Sequence record: PV400809.1
Length of the DNA: 64,000 bases
Direction: 5' to 3' (one strand)
The notes under the pieces are model-generated. The model was not told the origin of the DNA. It saw only the letters and a list, made by a program, of their open reading frames with translations, and made no database searches. Every line of letters begins with the position of its first letter. The stretch's first letter is position 1. The translations under genes were made by a program, and so were the position numbers. This document shows positions 18,387 to 27,919 of the stretch, in pieces.

Positions 18387-18846
18387 GGCATCCCCATCGT
18401 TTATTCTTCAGATCCAGTAATGAATAACCAAGAATCATCGCTTCCCTGGGGGTCATGTTTTCTTCGATACACATATACATAACCCAGGCCTGACTTACAT
18501 ACCGACCATTTTCCGTTTTTAATTGGGGTGGGGCGGTCCAGAAACGTTGACGGTGGGTGATGGTTTTATCGATATTGATACGCACCACATTACTAACCGG
18601 AATAAGGTTCCTGTAATCCTGGATTCCTGACGAACGATTACGTTCTTTCCACCAACTGATCCACGCCGGTGAGGTCATAGGGGCGATGTAGAGTTTGTTA
18701 TTTCTTTTCTTCGCAATAACAAAGATGGTGGGTTCATTCGGGTCCGGGGTGTAGAAGGGGGTTTCGTCGCTGTATTGCGTCATCTCGTCCAGAGATTCAT
18801 TCAGAAACCGTTCAATAAAGCTTGCTTGCTTATCGGAGTTTGCCAT
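18376..18846 (-). CDS. Hypothetical protein
   Basis: 156 aa, operon context. Confidence 0.65.
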   Translation of the reverse strand: MANSDKQASFIERFLNESLDEMTQYSDETPFYTPDPNEPTIFVIAKKRNNKLYIAPMTSPAWISWWKERNRSSGIQDYRNLIPVSNVVRINIDKTITHRQRFWTAPPQLKTENGRYVSQAWVMYMCIEENMTPREAMILGYSLLDLKNKRWGCHET

Positions 18847-18848
18847 AA

Positions 18849-19454
18849 TTAACCTACCTTCTTCAACAGAGCTTTCAGTTCATTATCTGCACGCTGGCGA
18901 TCTTCTTCTTCCCACTGACGTTTACATTCTTCCCAATACTCATCCTTAAAGGCATGATCAACTAGGAAGGTGATACCTGAGAATCCAAAGTCTTGGAAGA
19001 GCACAATACGCCCCCGGAAGCTTCGACGACGTTCCTTAACCATCCACGCATTCAGCGCCTGATCGATAATCGCCTGCTCTTCCTCAGGGTCCCATTCCCC
19101 ATCTTGGTTACTCAACCACTTCGGGTTGGTCTTCAGGCTGAAACCATAGAGGGTTCCCTTATCAAAGATCATCCCATGGTTCCCTTCCTCAATGAACTGT
19201 TTCATTAAGACAGGATACTGGTCCATTTCAGCGAATGCGTGTTCCAGCCAGTGAATAGGATCTTTCCCCAGAATAATGTTGCTAATAAAGGTGTCCCGAA
19301 TGAACTCAGGGAGTTCAGGCAACATCCTCATGCAGACCTTCTTCATCTTCTTAGGATTACGGGTAAAATGGTCTTTAAGGTATTGGAGCGCTCGGATCTC
19401 TTGATCGAAGTTAGGGAGCGTTGGATCGTTGACATATGCGTCCATTAATATCAA
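18849..19454 (-). CDS. Hypothetical protein
   Basis: 201 aa, GAGG RBS. Confidence 0.7.
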   Translation of the reverse strand: MILMDAYVNDPTLPNFDQEIRALQYLKDHFTRNPKKMKKVCMRMLPELPEFIRDTFISNIILGKDPIHWLEHAFAEMDQYPVLMKQFIEEGNHGMIFDKGTLYGFSLKTNPKWLSNQDGEWDPEEEQAIIDQALNAWMVKERRRSFRGRIVLFQDFGFSGITFLVDHAFKDEYWEECKRQWEEEDRQRADNELKALLKKVG

Positions 19455-19460
19455 CCTCGC

Positions 19461-19814
19461 TTATTCAGATGGATTAAGGTGATAACGAATCTGGGGGATA
19501 TGCCCATAGTCCTTCTCAAACTGGGCTTGGGAATCCCCAATAAGGGTTCTTTTATACCGCACTTTAAGGTAGACATTCTTAAGGAAATTCCAAATCCCTT
19601 TCTTTCTCTTCTCAGAATACCCGTGGATATACCCCAAGTAGAGGCAATTGAATTGGCACGAAGACAAGGAGTAATCCTTGAATTCGAGTGGAGCTCCGTA
19701 GTACCCAGCCTTATACCCCATGGTGTAGAAGAACTGATGGCTGAACTGGAGGGGTTTATGTGGTGTGTTGGATGTGTTCACGACCTTACCTCTAACAAAA
19801 ATAAACACTCTCAT
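19461..19814 (-). CDS. Hypothetical protein
   Basis: Up to 117 aa; start may be the GTG after AGAGG. Confidence 0.55.
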   Translation of the reverse strand: MRVFIFVRGKVVNTSNTPHKPLQFSHQFFYTMGYKAGYYGAPLEFKDYSLSSCQFNCLYLGYIHGYSEKRKKGIWNFLKNVYLKVRYKRTLIGDSQAQFEKDYGHIPQIRYHLNPSE

Positions 19815-19860
19815 TACACAAGAATGATGTAGGTGTATTAAAAAATAGAGAACGAATACC

Positions 19861-19890
19861 CAACTACGAGGGAATAACCCCTCGTAGTTG
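19861..19890 (-). terminator. Intrinsic terminator
   Basis: CAACTACGAGGG/CCCTCGTAGTTG 12-bp stem. Confidence 0.7.
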
Positions 19891-19905
19891 GGCGCCGTCA
19901 GTCGA

Positions 19906-20568
19906 TTAACTGAGTTTAATCATGAAAGATCCGTTTTCTCCATCGACTTCGTAGCTGACATCAAAGACCTTGTTACCGTCTTTGTCATTTACAACCGACA
20001 GGGTCTTTTTCATCAGGGGGATGAACGCTTCAGGTTGTTCCGGGTATTGGAACACGTCCTTCCAAGCGGGTGGGTTCCTCTCCTGAACCGGGAAGAACGA
20101 AGAGAGAGGGAGAGGGTACACAGAACCACACACCGCATTCGAAGAGATATCCGAATGTTGCAAGGGTATCTCCTTGCCCAGACCATGTAGGATAAATTTA
20201 TCCCCATCGAGATCCGAGCGGACCATCGAACCGAGCAACACATGCGTGGGGATTTCGAACCGAGCACCAATCAACACCCGACCGTCGTCATACACGAAGC
20301 TTTTGAACACAAGTTTGATGAACCCGTAGATCGTAAAAACCCCGGGTTGTAGGGAAAGCTGCTTTAATCCGGGTTTACCGATGTTACTCCATATCACCTT
20401 GCACTGGTCGAATTCCAACTGCTTACCGACCCACTCGGCATCACCAAACTGAGTGACGTACTCAACCAGAGCCTTCTGTGTACGGGTCAGTATGGTGTTG
20501 GCCAGCGCACCTCTGGTACTCCAGAACTTTACAGCGGAAATGAGGCGTTCTTTCGAATTGTAGGACAC
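19906..20568 (-). CDS. Hypothetical protein
   Basis: About 220 aa from GTG (VSYNSKERL) after AAGGA; the ORF track extends it further upstream. Confidence 0.65.
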   Translation of the reverse strand: MSYNSKERLISAVKFWSTRGALANTILTRTQKALVEYVTQFGDAEWVGKQLEFDQCKVIWSNIGKPGLKQLSLQPGVFTIYGFIKLVFKSFVYDDGRVLIGARFEIPTHVLLGSMVRSDLDGDKFILHGLGKEIPLQHSDISSNAVCGSVYPLPLSSFFPVQERNPPAWKDVFQYPEQPEAFIPLMKKTLSVVNDKDGNKVFDVSYEVDGENGSFMIKLS

Positions 20569-20674
20569 GGCACTTTTCCTTTCAGGGGTTTGGAGTGAGA
20601 GCGAATAAAATCGCCCTCGGGTTACGGAATAACAGCGACAGAGACCTCCCTCCATCGCTGTTATTCCGTATCGA

Positions 20675-21889
20675 TTAGAACATGGCGGTTATCGTGGCCA
20701 GAATGCCCTGGGGTTGAGAAACCGGTTCCGGTTGTGCCGTGACCTGCTCCCGAACGGAAACCGTCGCTACGGGCTCGCCTTGGGGCTGCTGAGGACCGAA
20801 GCCCAGAAGGCCTTGAGTGGTACGTCCGAGGTTGGAACCCGCCCCACCCAGGATCAGACCGATCGAACCACTCACGATGTAACGACCCGGTTCGCTCTTC
20901 ATGAGGCCTTCTGCTTTCTCAGCCGCGAAGTAACCGGCCGCCGCACCCAGCCCCGTACCCACAACCGAACCGATGCTCACATTCCCACGTGATGCCATTT
21001 CGACACCGCCGCCGATGATCGCCGCAGCAGCCGCCACCGCGCCGGAACCGAAGCCTTCTTCACGACCGCCCCGGAGGGTGTAGACAACACGTTCCTTGAA
21101 GGTACCCGGCGCTTGCCGTTGGGCTTTAGCCGCATCACGGCGCGCCTTTTCAGCTTCCACACCGGTGGCGTTGATGTCTTTTACCGCCTTGCTGTATTGA
21201 TTGATGAACTCCTGGCTGAGTTCGGGGTGGTCGTCCAGGAAGGCACGGAGCGCACCCGCCGGGGACGAGTGGTCTTGACTCTTGACGAGCTCTTCCAGTT
21301 CGGTCTTCAGGTGAGTCGGGAGACCGCCGTTGATCAGCCAGGCGTCGATAGTGTAGGACAGGATGTTGTCGGCCTTGAAGGTCACCCCCAGTACCTCGAC
21401 GACCTCGTCGCTGTCATTGCTGTCGGACCAGCTGGAAGCCCCCGCCTGTTCTTCATAGGCGGCGCGGGCACCTTGGGATCGTTCCAGGAGTTGTTGGGCG
21501 AGCGGTTGGTTTTCTTCTTTCATGGTGTTCTCCAGGTGGGTCATTGCATCAGTTTCAGTGGGGGTTGCCGGAACAGCCTCTGCCTGCGAGGCCTGTTCAT
21601 TCACTTCACCCATCACACGGACGGGAATGTCAACTTGCCCGGACAGTTTATCCGTTACGATCAACTTCTCCGGTTTCTTACCGGCGTGACGAACGTCGTT
21701 CATCGTAAACCGGGAACGAGTCGCCTCGTTGATCTTCTTCAGCGCAGACGGACGCTTTGCTTTATTGAAACGCGTCTCGTCGAAGAGGTGGTGGTAGATG
21801 ATCGACAGGATCTCCTCACGGTCTGTCTTTTCACCGATGTCACTCAAGACATTCGCCAGGGCGGCATTGAAGTCAGTAGTCACGCTCAT
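20675..21889 (-). CDS. Glycine-zipper membrane-associated protein
   Basis: 404 aa; C-terminal GxxxG-rich hydrophobic helices; high GC3; early-promoter motif upstream. Confidence 0.75.
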   Translation of the reverse strand: MSVTTDFNAALANVLSDIGEKTDREEILSIIYHHLFDETRFNKAKRPSALKKINEATRSRFTMNDVRHAGKKPEKLIVTDKLSGQVDIPVRVMGEVNEQASQAEAVPATPTETDAMTHLENTMKEENQPLAQQLLERSQGARAAYEEQAGASSWSDSNDSDEVVEVLGVTFKADNILSYTIDAWLINGGLPTHLKTELEELVKSQDHSSPAGALRAFLDDHPELSQEFINQYSKAVKDINATGVEAEKARRDAAKAQRQAPGTFKERVVYTLRGGREEGFGSGAVAAAAAIIGGGVEMASRGNVSIGSVVGTGLGAAAGYFAAEKAEGLMKSEPGRYIVSGSIGLILGGAGSNLGRTTQGLLGFGPQQPQGEPVATVSVREQVTAQPEPVSQPQGILATITAMF

Positions 21890-21962
21890 CTTGATAACCC
21901 TTTTCTGTCTTTAGAAGGGAAAGTCACTTACCTGCAAACAATCCCGTTGTCTATTCACCTTG

Positions 21963-21975
21963 GTAATGTAGGTTT
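21963..21975 (-). promoter_or_regulatory. Early-promoter motif
   Basis: AAACCTACATTAC on the minus strand. Confidence 0.6.
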
Positions 21976-22051
21976 GTTTCATTCCTTAACTTAATTTTTT
22001 ACTCCCTTAAACCTACCCCTACCCTGTCAAGGGTAGGGGTAGTATAGGGTC

Positions 22052-22477
22052 TTATTTGGTTCCGAACGATTCTTTACTGAAGGTGAGTTGTCGACCACCC
22101 CAGGTTGCAAACGCTTGCTTCACTTTCAGCATGTCGTATTCATCGAAGTCATAGGTGACGGACATGTGCGGTAAGAAGCTATCAAAGGAATGGATATACC
22201 CACCGTCTTTCAACCTACGGTGTTCATCAGCGAGGTCTTTGCTGGTAAGGTTAAACACCAATCCATCTCCCAGTACATCAATCCCTGTCACGTAGGCAGT
22301 GAATTCCGCGTCAGGATTCAGTTTTACCAGCGGTTCTTCTGCCCGTTCATCGTACATCAGGGTACAATGCAGGTTATACTCCGCAGCTGGTGCAATACCA
22401 CACTCCAAGAGCAAGCCAAAGATTTCCTCTACTTCAGGTCCTACCAAGGACACATCCACATACCCGTAATTATTCAT
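22052..22477 (-). CDS. acb1: Anti-CBASS Acb1-like 2H phosphodiesterase
   Basis: LHCTLMY and PHMSVTY (HxT/HxS pair); GYVD N-terminus; LV..L.S..L..H and G..HSFD pattern as in T4 Acb1 (gp57B); 141 aa. Confidence 0.8.
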   Translation of the reverse strand: MNNYGYVDVSLVGPEVEEIFGLLLECGIAPAAEYNLHCTLMYDERAEEPLVKLNPDAEFTAYVTGIDVLGDGLVFNLTSKDLADEHRRLKDGGYIHSFDSFLPHMSVTYDFDEYDMLKVKQAFATWGGRQLTFSKESFGTK

Positions 22478-22557
22478 TCCACTTATCCCGAAAAAAAATA
22501 GAGAGAACAGGGTGGTTAGCTTGTATACTAACCACCCCCCATCAAATGGAATACCTG

Positions 22558-22725
22558 TTAGTTACGTAAACATTGAGTAACCGTAACTGTTTTAATCACC
22601 TTCCGATTCTCCAAATATCGGATAGACTTCATAAGTCGATGGTCGTCCACGCGAGTCACTAAGTCACCAATAAAAACGGATTTACCTATCAGGTCAATGA
22701 TTAAGAACAGTGCGTGAGTGCCCAT
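22558..22725 (-). CDS. Small protein (55 aa), absent from ORF track
   Basis: MGTHALFLIIDLIG…QCLRN; ATG abuts the stop of the DHH gene. Confidence 0.4.
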   Translation of the reverse strand: MGTHALFLIIDLIGKSVFIGDLVTRVDDHRLMKSIRYLENRKVIKTVTVTQCLRN

Positions 22726-23979
22726 TTAAGTACCGGAATACAGTGACAGGTGTGACTGGGAGAAACGGGGATCGTCGTAGGAGAGTGAAAACCCTGCTGC
22801 GTTAGGATGACCGCCTCCTCCAAAACGTTCAGCCACTTCCGCTAGATTCACTTTATCCTTACCCCGTAGAGAGAAGATACGGCTATCCTTACCATCCATG
22901 TAAGTGACTACAAAGTCAATACCGTCTCGACCCTTCAGTTTATCCCCTACATCACTGGCGTGGAAATAACTGGCATTAACAATCAAGCAGTTGTAACCCT
23001 CCAACGTGTAAGGCCGCGCACTCGGGAGTAGTTTTTCAACATCCAATTCCTGCTTACGAAGGACGGTACGACCTTCTTCTACCACGTCTTGGTAATCCCG
23101 ATGAATCAGTTTATCGAAACTCTCAACGGTGAGGGGATACCCAAAGGCGGCCGCGGTCCATTCCTTACTGCCTTCGTACTCCCATTTCCACAGATCCCGA
23201 TCTTGTACTGCCAGAATGCCCGGAGGCGTCGGTTGTTGAGGGTGGAAGTAGTCGTACGACAACTTAGCGCCTGAACGTGTCATATCGATGATAATCTCAA
23301 CCCGATCACCCCGCGTTGATTTCCCGGAATAACCAACGACGAGTTCACCCAGTTCCCGTTGAGCACTCTCGTGATGATCCAAGATCAGCAAGCCTGTATC
23401 CGGTAAATTAGCAATCGCTTCTACAACTGCTTTCTTAAAACTGAAATCAACACAATAGACCATTCTCCCTTGTAGATACTCCAATCCCGAACCAAAAAGT
23501 TCGTACGGATCATCATGATAGCTCATAGCCACCAATTCAACCAAGGGGAGTGCACTTCTTACCGCCCAAGCTGCCGCAGTACCATCCAGACAGTTCTTAT
23601 GATAGATGCACACCGGTGCATTCGATAGGAAGGACACCCCGTCAGCCGTATAACGGCGATCCTCCACCCAATAAAATTCTCCAGCTGACGGTCCATTTAC
23701 GCTGTAGCAAAGCGTGAGTTGCAGTTGTTTACCGGGATGTTCCTTGACCGCCTTAATAAAGGCCAACTGGAGTTTAATATCCGCTTCCTTTCTTTGTTCT
23801 TCCTGGATAAGCTGTTCAAACACACGGTCAGCACCCTCTCTGAAATAATCAGGATCGGTATATCCTACGACTTCGGGTCGTCCTGTCTTTTGATTCGCAG
23901 TAATACCGAAGAGGAACTGTTTACCCCCATCTTCTACTACTGATACATCAATAAAGCTTTTCATAGTGTTAATCTCCAC
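22726..23979 (-). CDS. DHH/DHHA1 phosphoesterase with N-terminal extension
   Basis: YHKNCLDG, VDFS, LDHH, DRDLW and GGGGHPNAAGF motifs. Confidence 0.9.
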   Translation of the reverse strand: MEINTMKSFIDVSVVEDGGKQFLFGITANQKTGRPEVVGYTDPDYFREGADRVFEQLIQEEQRKEADIKLQLAFIKAVKEHPGKQLQLTLCYSVNGPSAGEFYWVEDRRYTADGVSFLSNAPVCIYHKNCLDGTAAAWAVRSALPLVELVAMSYHDDPYELFGSGLEYLQGRMVYCVDFSFKKAVVEAIANLPDTGLLILDHHESAQRELGELVVGYSGKSTRGDRVEIIIDMTRSGAKLSYDYFHPQQPTPPGILAVQDRDLWKWEYEGSKEWTAAAFGYPLTVESFDKLIHRDYQDVVEEGRTVLRKQELDVEKLLPSARPYTLEGYNCLIVNASYFHASDVGDKLKGRDGIDFVVTYMDGKDSRIFSLRGKDKVNLAEVAERFGGGGHPNAAGFSLSYDDPRFSQSHLSLYSGT

Positions 23980-23989
23980 GGTTGATTGA

Positions 23990-24481
23990 TCAGAACCCTA
24001 AGACTTTCATGTATTCCATATCGTGGGCTTCCGGATTATTGGCAGCATCCTTGGCTAATTGGTCTGCCTTTTCATTACCTTCATCCCCTGAGTGACCTTT
24101 AACCCAATGGAACTTTACCTTATTCTTCTTCAAGAGTTCATTGAGGACTTCCAACAGATCCCGGTTCTTAACCGGTTGTCCGGAGTTATACCCCATCCAG
24201 TTGTTCCGTATCCATCCTCTCATCCATTTAGTAGCGCATTTAATGACGTATTGGGAGTCCGTGAAGATGTCCACTTTGATATTAGGACCAAACTCTTCCA
24301 GCGCTGCAATCACACTCATGAGTTCCTGGCGGTTGTTAGTGGTTTTGTAATACCCTTTACTCAGGGAGAATTCCTCCCCTTTGTATTTAGCGTAAACACC
24401 GTAACCGCCCGGACCTGGATTCCCTAACGCACTCCCATCGGTATAAATGACATATCGGTCATTCCTCTTTGTTTTGGACAT
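23990..24481 (-). CDS. rnhA: Ribonuclease HI
   Basis: YTDGSALGNPGPGG, TNNRQEL, TDSQY, WVKGHSGDEGNEKADQLA. Confidence 0.97.
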   Translation of the reverse strand: MSKTKRNDRYVIYTDGSALGNPGPGGYGVYAKYKGEEFSLSKGYYKTTNNRQELMSVIAALEEFGPNIKVDIFTDSQYVIKCATKWMRGWIRNNWMGYNSGQPVKNRDLLEVLNELLKKNKVKFHWVKGHSGDEGNEKADQLAKDAANNPEAHDMEYMKVLGF

Positions 24482-24520
24482 TCGTTAACCTCCCTTTTAC
24501 AAGTAAGTAGACAATTAAAC

Positions 24521-24552
24521 CCTTACTCTCCAGGTAATCCTGGAGAGTAAGG
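24521..24552 (-). terminator. Intrinsic terminator
   Basis: CCTTACTCTCCAGG-TAAT-CCTGGAGAGTAAGG 14-bp stem. Confidence 0.7.
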
Positions 24553-24561
24553 TACTGCGTA

Positions 24562-25869
24562 TTAACAATACGGGAGGGACTCTGGATCCTCGAAATCTGA
24601 TGTGATACTACGGTTAACAGCCATCACATCGTCCATCAACTTGATGATCTTCATCCGAGAAATCACCGACTTCAGGACATAATTCAAGATGCTCTTGAAG
24701 AGGAGTCCGTCTTCAGAGATCTCGTTATTGACCATCGGGGTTTTTATCAAGAGTTCACCCAGTTTTTCACTGAGTTCTTCCCAAGTTACGTCGCTCCCCA
24801 GTTCAAGGCCGGACGAACCACCCGAGCGGATGGAGATTACATACTGTGTTTTTGAGGTGCGGTGCAGAATAAGATTTTGAGGATGGAACGGAAGTTCGAT
24901 CTCCGTAAGACCCAGTTTATTAGGCGCGTAGAGTGACCTCATGTAAAGCGTCTTATTCCGGAGGGTGAAGTTGCGAAGGATCAGCGTTTCAGAAACGCTC
25001 AAGTAACAACCATGAAGGTAAGCTTTCGAGAGAGACAGCATGGATGCGGTGAGGGTGGTGGTGGTAAGATGCGATTTAACGATGGCAAACTTCCCAGCGG
25101 TAATGTGGGTACGATCCACATACGACTCTTTCACTAAGCCCTTGCCATTGATGGGAGAATCTTTAATCTCGGATTCGATGAAACGGCAGTCGTTGTACCG
25201 AGCACGTTGATCAACCCCTCGTTTAAATACATCCGCTCTTTTTGGGAAGTCGATCAGTTCGTCGATTGGTCGCAATTCGGTCGATCGTGTACGAGCGACA
25301 CTGCTCTTGTTAACCACACAGTCGTTAACCTCGACATTCAGAAGGTAATTCTCCCCTTCAAACTCACAACGATTAACCACCGAGTTGACTACCACAGCAC
25401 TCCCCTTACGCTTACTGACGTTAAGGAAAGGAACGTCAGTAGGGGTTTCCAGCGTAACTTCAGAATAGGAGTCGACCAAGAGATCAAGTTCAACACCGTA
25501 AAGAGTCGTCTTGAAATGAGAGAAGAGGTCGATTTCCGCGGTTACACCTACTGACCAGTATTTATTCCCAAGAATTTCACGTCCTTCTTTGGAACGGATC
25601 CATTCGCCGTACGGCTTGGTATCGAGAGCCACCAGTTCCTTACCGTCAACCACCACCTTGGGCTTAGAAGGCTCAGGAGCGGAACGGTGTTCTTTATTCT
25701 CGGTGGGTTGGGTAATGGATTTCTTATCCGACTGTTCCTTGTCGTGTTTCATCTTCTTACCCAGTTCCTTGGAGTGTTTCAAAGCCTTCTCGGCCTTCTT
25801 GAGTTTCATTGCTACTACCGGGTCAGTGGTAGTGTGTTGTTGGTCGTAGGTGTCGGTTTTAACGGTCAT
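24562..25869 (-). CDS. Hypothetical protein with beta-solenoid-like central region
   Basis: Lys/Glu-rich N-terminus; short S/V/N/C-rich repeats (VVNSVVNRCEF, VEVNDCVVNKSSV). Confidence 0.7.
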   Translation of the reverse strand: MTVKTDTYDQQHTTTDPVVAMKLKKAEKALKHSKELGKKMKHDKEQSDKKSITQPTENKEHRSAPEPSKPKVVVDGKELVALDTKPYGEWIRSKEGREILGNKYWSVGVTAEIDLFSHFKTTLYGVELDLLVDSYSEVTLETPTDVPFLNVSKRKGSAVVVNSVVNRCEFEGENYLLNVEVNDCVVNKSSVARTRSTELRPIDELIDFPKRADVFKRGVDQRARYNDCRFIESEIKDSPINGKGLVKESYVDRTHITAGKFAIVKSHLTTTTLTASMLSLSKAYLHGCYLSVSETLILRNFTLRNKTLYMRSLYAPNKLGLTEIELPFHPQNLILHRTSKTQYVISIRSGGSSGLELGSDVTWEELSEKLGELLIKTPMVNNEISEDGLLFKSILNYVLKSVISRMKIIKLMDDVMAVNRSITSDFEDPESLPYC

Positions 25870-27851
25870 TCTCGGTGTCCTTTAATGAACTGAATGAGGG
25901 AGTCGATGCTCGAGTAATCCTTTGCAATTAGCATAGGTATACCCGATTCGGTTGCAATTAACAGTTTCGATTTACCAGGACGATCACCCACAATGACGAA
26001 GGCACAGTCCTGAGTAAGCCGATCACTGAGTTCAATCCCTTCCTTAGCGAACAGGTTACAGAGTTCTCCTCGGGAAGGTCCAATGTTGCCGGTAATACAG
26101 ACTTTAATGCAGTCGTCCTGCGTTCCGGTGTACTGGAGAGTCAACATCCCTTTTAGGGCGTGGAAGTTGTCCTTAAAGACCGGGGAGTCGAACGCGTTCA
26201 CGACCCGATAAGCAATCCCCACTGAAACCCCTCGTACACTTTGTAGGAACTTAGGATTGGTAAGGGATTCTTCGATCTTCCCTTCAGGGATGGCGTTTGC
26301 CAGGCGTTTAGCCAAGGTGATCCCAATATCCGGGATACCCAACGCCTTTAAGAAGCGGTGTAAAGGAACGGGTTCCTGAAGAACACGCTCCAAACCTCTT
26401 CGAGTCGTCGGGGTAAGACATTGATCCTTAATGTCTTCAGGAAGGGCAAGTATATCAGCCGGTTGTTTAACCCATCCTTTCTCAACCAATTCACTGACCT
26501 TAACGGGCCCTAAACCGTCTACATCCAGTCCAAACTTATCGAACGTCGTTACGCACCGCATAACAATCTGCGCAGGGCACTCTGCGACGTTGTTACAGAC
26601 GAGTTCGGAACTGTCCCTACCTACCACTACCTCTAGGAGAGAATCGCATAGGAGAGAATCGCAGCTAGGGCAGTTCGTAGGCGCTTCTAGAAGGTCTCCT
26701 TCCCCACACTCCTCCACCCGGTTCAACCGAGGGATCACATCGTTGTTCCGGGTAATAACAATCCGGTCACCGATTGATAACCCTAAGTCCATAAACGAAC
26801 CGTAGTTATCCAACGACGCACACTGACAGATAACTCCTTGGATTGTTACGGGGGTAAACTGGACCACTGGAACTACCCGGCCAAACCGAGAGGTTTTCCA
26901 GATACAGCCTTCAACCTGGGTTAACGCTTCTTCCGCAGGGAACTTGTAAGCAATAGCCCAGTGAGGGAATTTACTCCCATTTCCACTGGCGTCTTGTTCC
27001 TTGAACTTGTCGACTTTAATCACAATCCCGTCCACCGGACGAATGTTCCCCCTCCGGTTCTCTGAGATTGCAATCCAATCCCTAGATTCAGGAACACCAA
27101 ACCCTAAACCTAAGAGAACCTGTCTCAATTCGGAGTAGGCTTTCGTCCCCAATCGATCACTGGCGTAATACGCCGCGAAGTACAGCGTTCCTCGGATATC
27201 CTCCCGTTGGTTCTGAGGGAGGGACCGCACCCACCCACTCACGGCATTACGGGGATTGGACCGTTTACCCCCTGTTTCATTAAGAGAATTAAAGCGTTCC
27301 AGACTGATATACCCTTCACCCCGAATAACCAATCGATCCCCCTGGGGTTTATGACGGTCAGGAAGCGTCCTTAAGGTACGAGGAAGGGTGACTTCATCAA
27401 AGAGGACTATGGAATGTGTCACATCTTCCCCGACTAATCCAGATCCCCGGGTACTCATACTGACCAGTTGTCCCTGTTCATACACCAGCTCCAGGGCCAA
27501 CCCATCCAGTTTCTCTTCGTAAAAGAAGTTTGTACCATCCGGGAACTTCAACAGGAACGCGTCCGCTTCCTCCACACTCAAGGCTTTCTTCAAGCTGAGC
27601 ATGGGTTCCTCGAACCGTACGGGTCGAATGGCTTCCCCAGAGGGTTCATGAATAGGAACGGGTCGATTATAGAAATCGAACTTAGCCGCTATTTCAGGGT
27701 ATCGGTCGTACAACTCATTGAGTTCTTGCTCCAACGCGTCATACGCTTCATCAGAGATCTCATTCCGGTTCTCGACGAAATAGAGATGGGCGTGATACGT
27801 CAGTTGTTCATGGAGGTATTTAATCCGTTCAACAGGTGAGTGTTTACCCAT
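25866..27851 (-). CDS. ligA: NAD-dependent DNA ligase
   Basis: EKLDGLA adenylation motif, STRGSG, VDGIVIK, WAIAYKF, Zn finger, HhH, C-terminal BRCT. Confidence 0.97.
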   Translation of the reverse strand: MGKHSPVERIKYLHEQLTYHAHLYFVENRNEISDEAYDALEQELNELYDRYPEIAAKFDFYNRPVPIHEPSGEAIRPVRFEEPMLSLKKALSVEEADAFLLKFPDGTNFFYEEKLDGLALELVYEQGQLVSMSTRGSGLVGEDVTHSIVLFDEVTLPRTLRTLPDRHKPQGDRLVIRGEGYISLERFNSLNETGGKRSNPRNAVSGWVRSLPQNQREDIRGTLYFAAYYASDRLGTKAYSELRQVLLGLGFGVPESRDWIAISENRRGNIRPVDGIVIKVDKFKEQDASGNGSKFPHWAIAYKFPAEEALTQVEGCIWKTSRFGRVVPVVQFTPVTIQGVICQCASLDNYGSFMDLGLSIGDRIVITRNNDVIPRLNRVEECGEGDLLEAPTNCPSCDSLLCDSLLEVVVGRDSSELVCNNVAECPAQIVMRCVTTFDKFGLDVDGLGPVKVSELVEKGWVKQPADILALPEDIKDQCLTPTTRRGLERVLQEPVPLHRFLKALGIPDIGITLAKRLANAIPEGKIEESLTNPKFLQSVRGVSVGIAYRVVNAFDSPVFKDNFHALKGMLTLQYTGTQDDCIKVCITGNIGPSRGELCNLFAKEGIELSDRLTQDCAFVIVGDRPGKSKLLIATESGIPMLIAKDYSSIDSLIQFIKGHRE

Positions 27852-27883
27852 TGTGATCTCCTAAACCGTATAAAGAGGAAGAC

Positions 27884-27909
27884 GTACCAGGGGAGTGATC
27901 CCCTGGTAC
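27884..27909 (-). terminator. Intrinsic terminator / hairpin
   Basis: GTACCAGGGGA-GTGA-TCCCCTGGTAC. Confidence 0.65.
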
Positions 27910-27919
27910 TGTCCTAAGG

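Noticed and set aside
21113-21994. 293-aa plus-strand ORF
   Set aside because: Antisense shadow of the glycine-zipper gene, caused by codon bias
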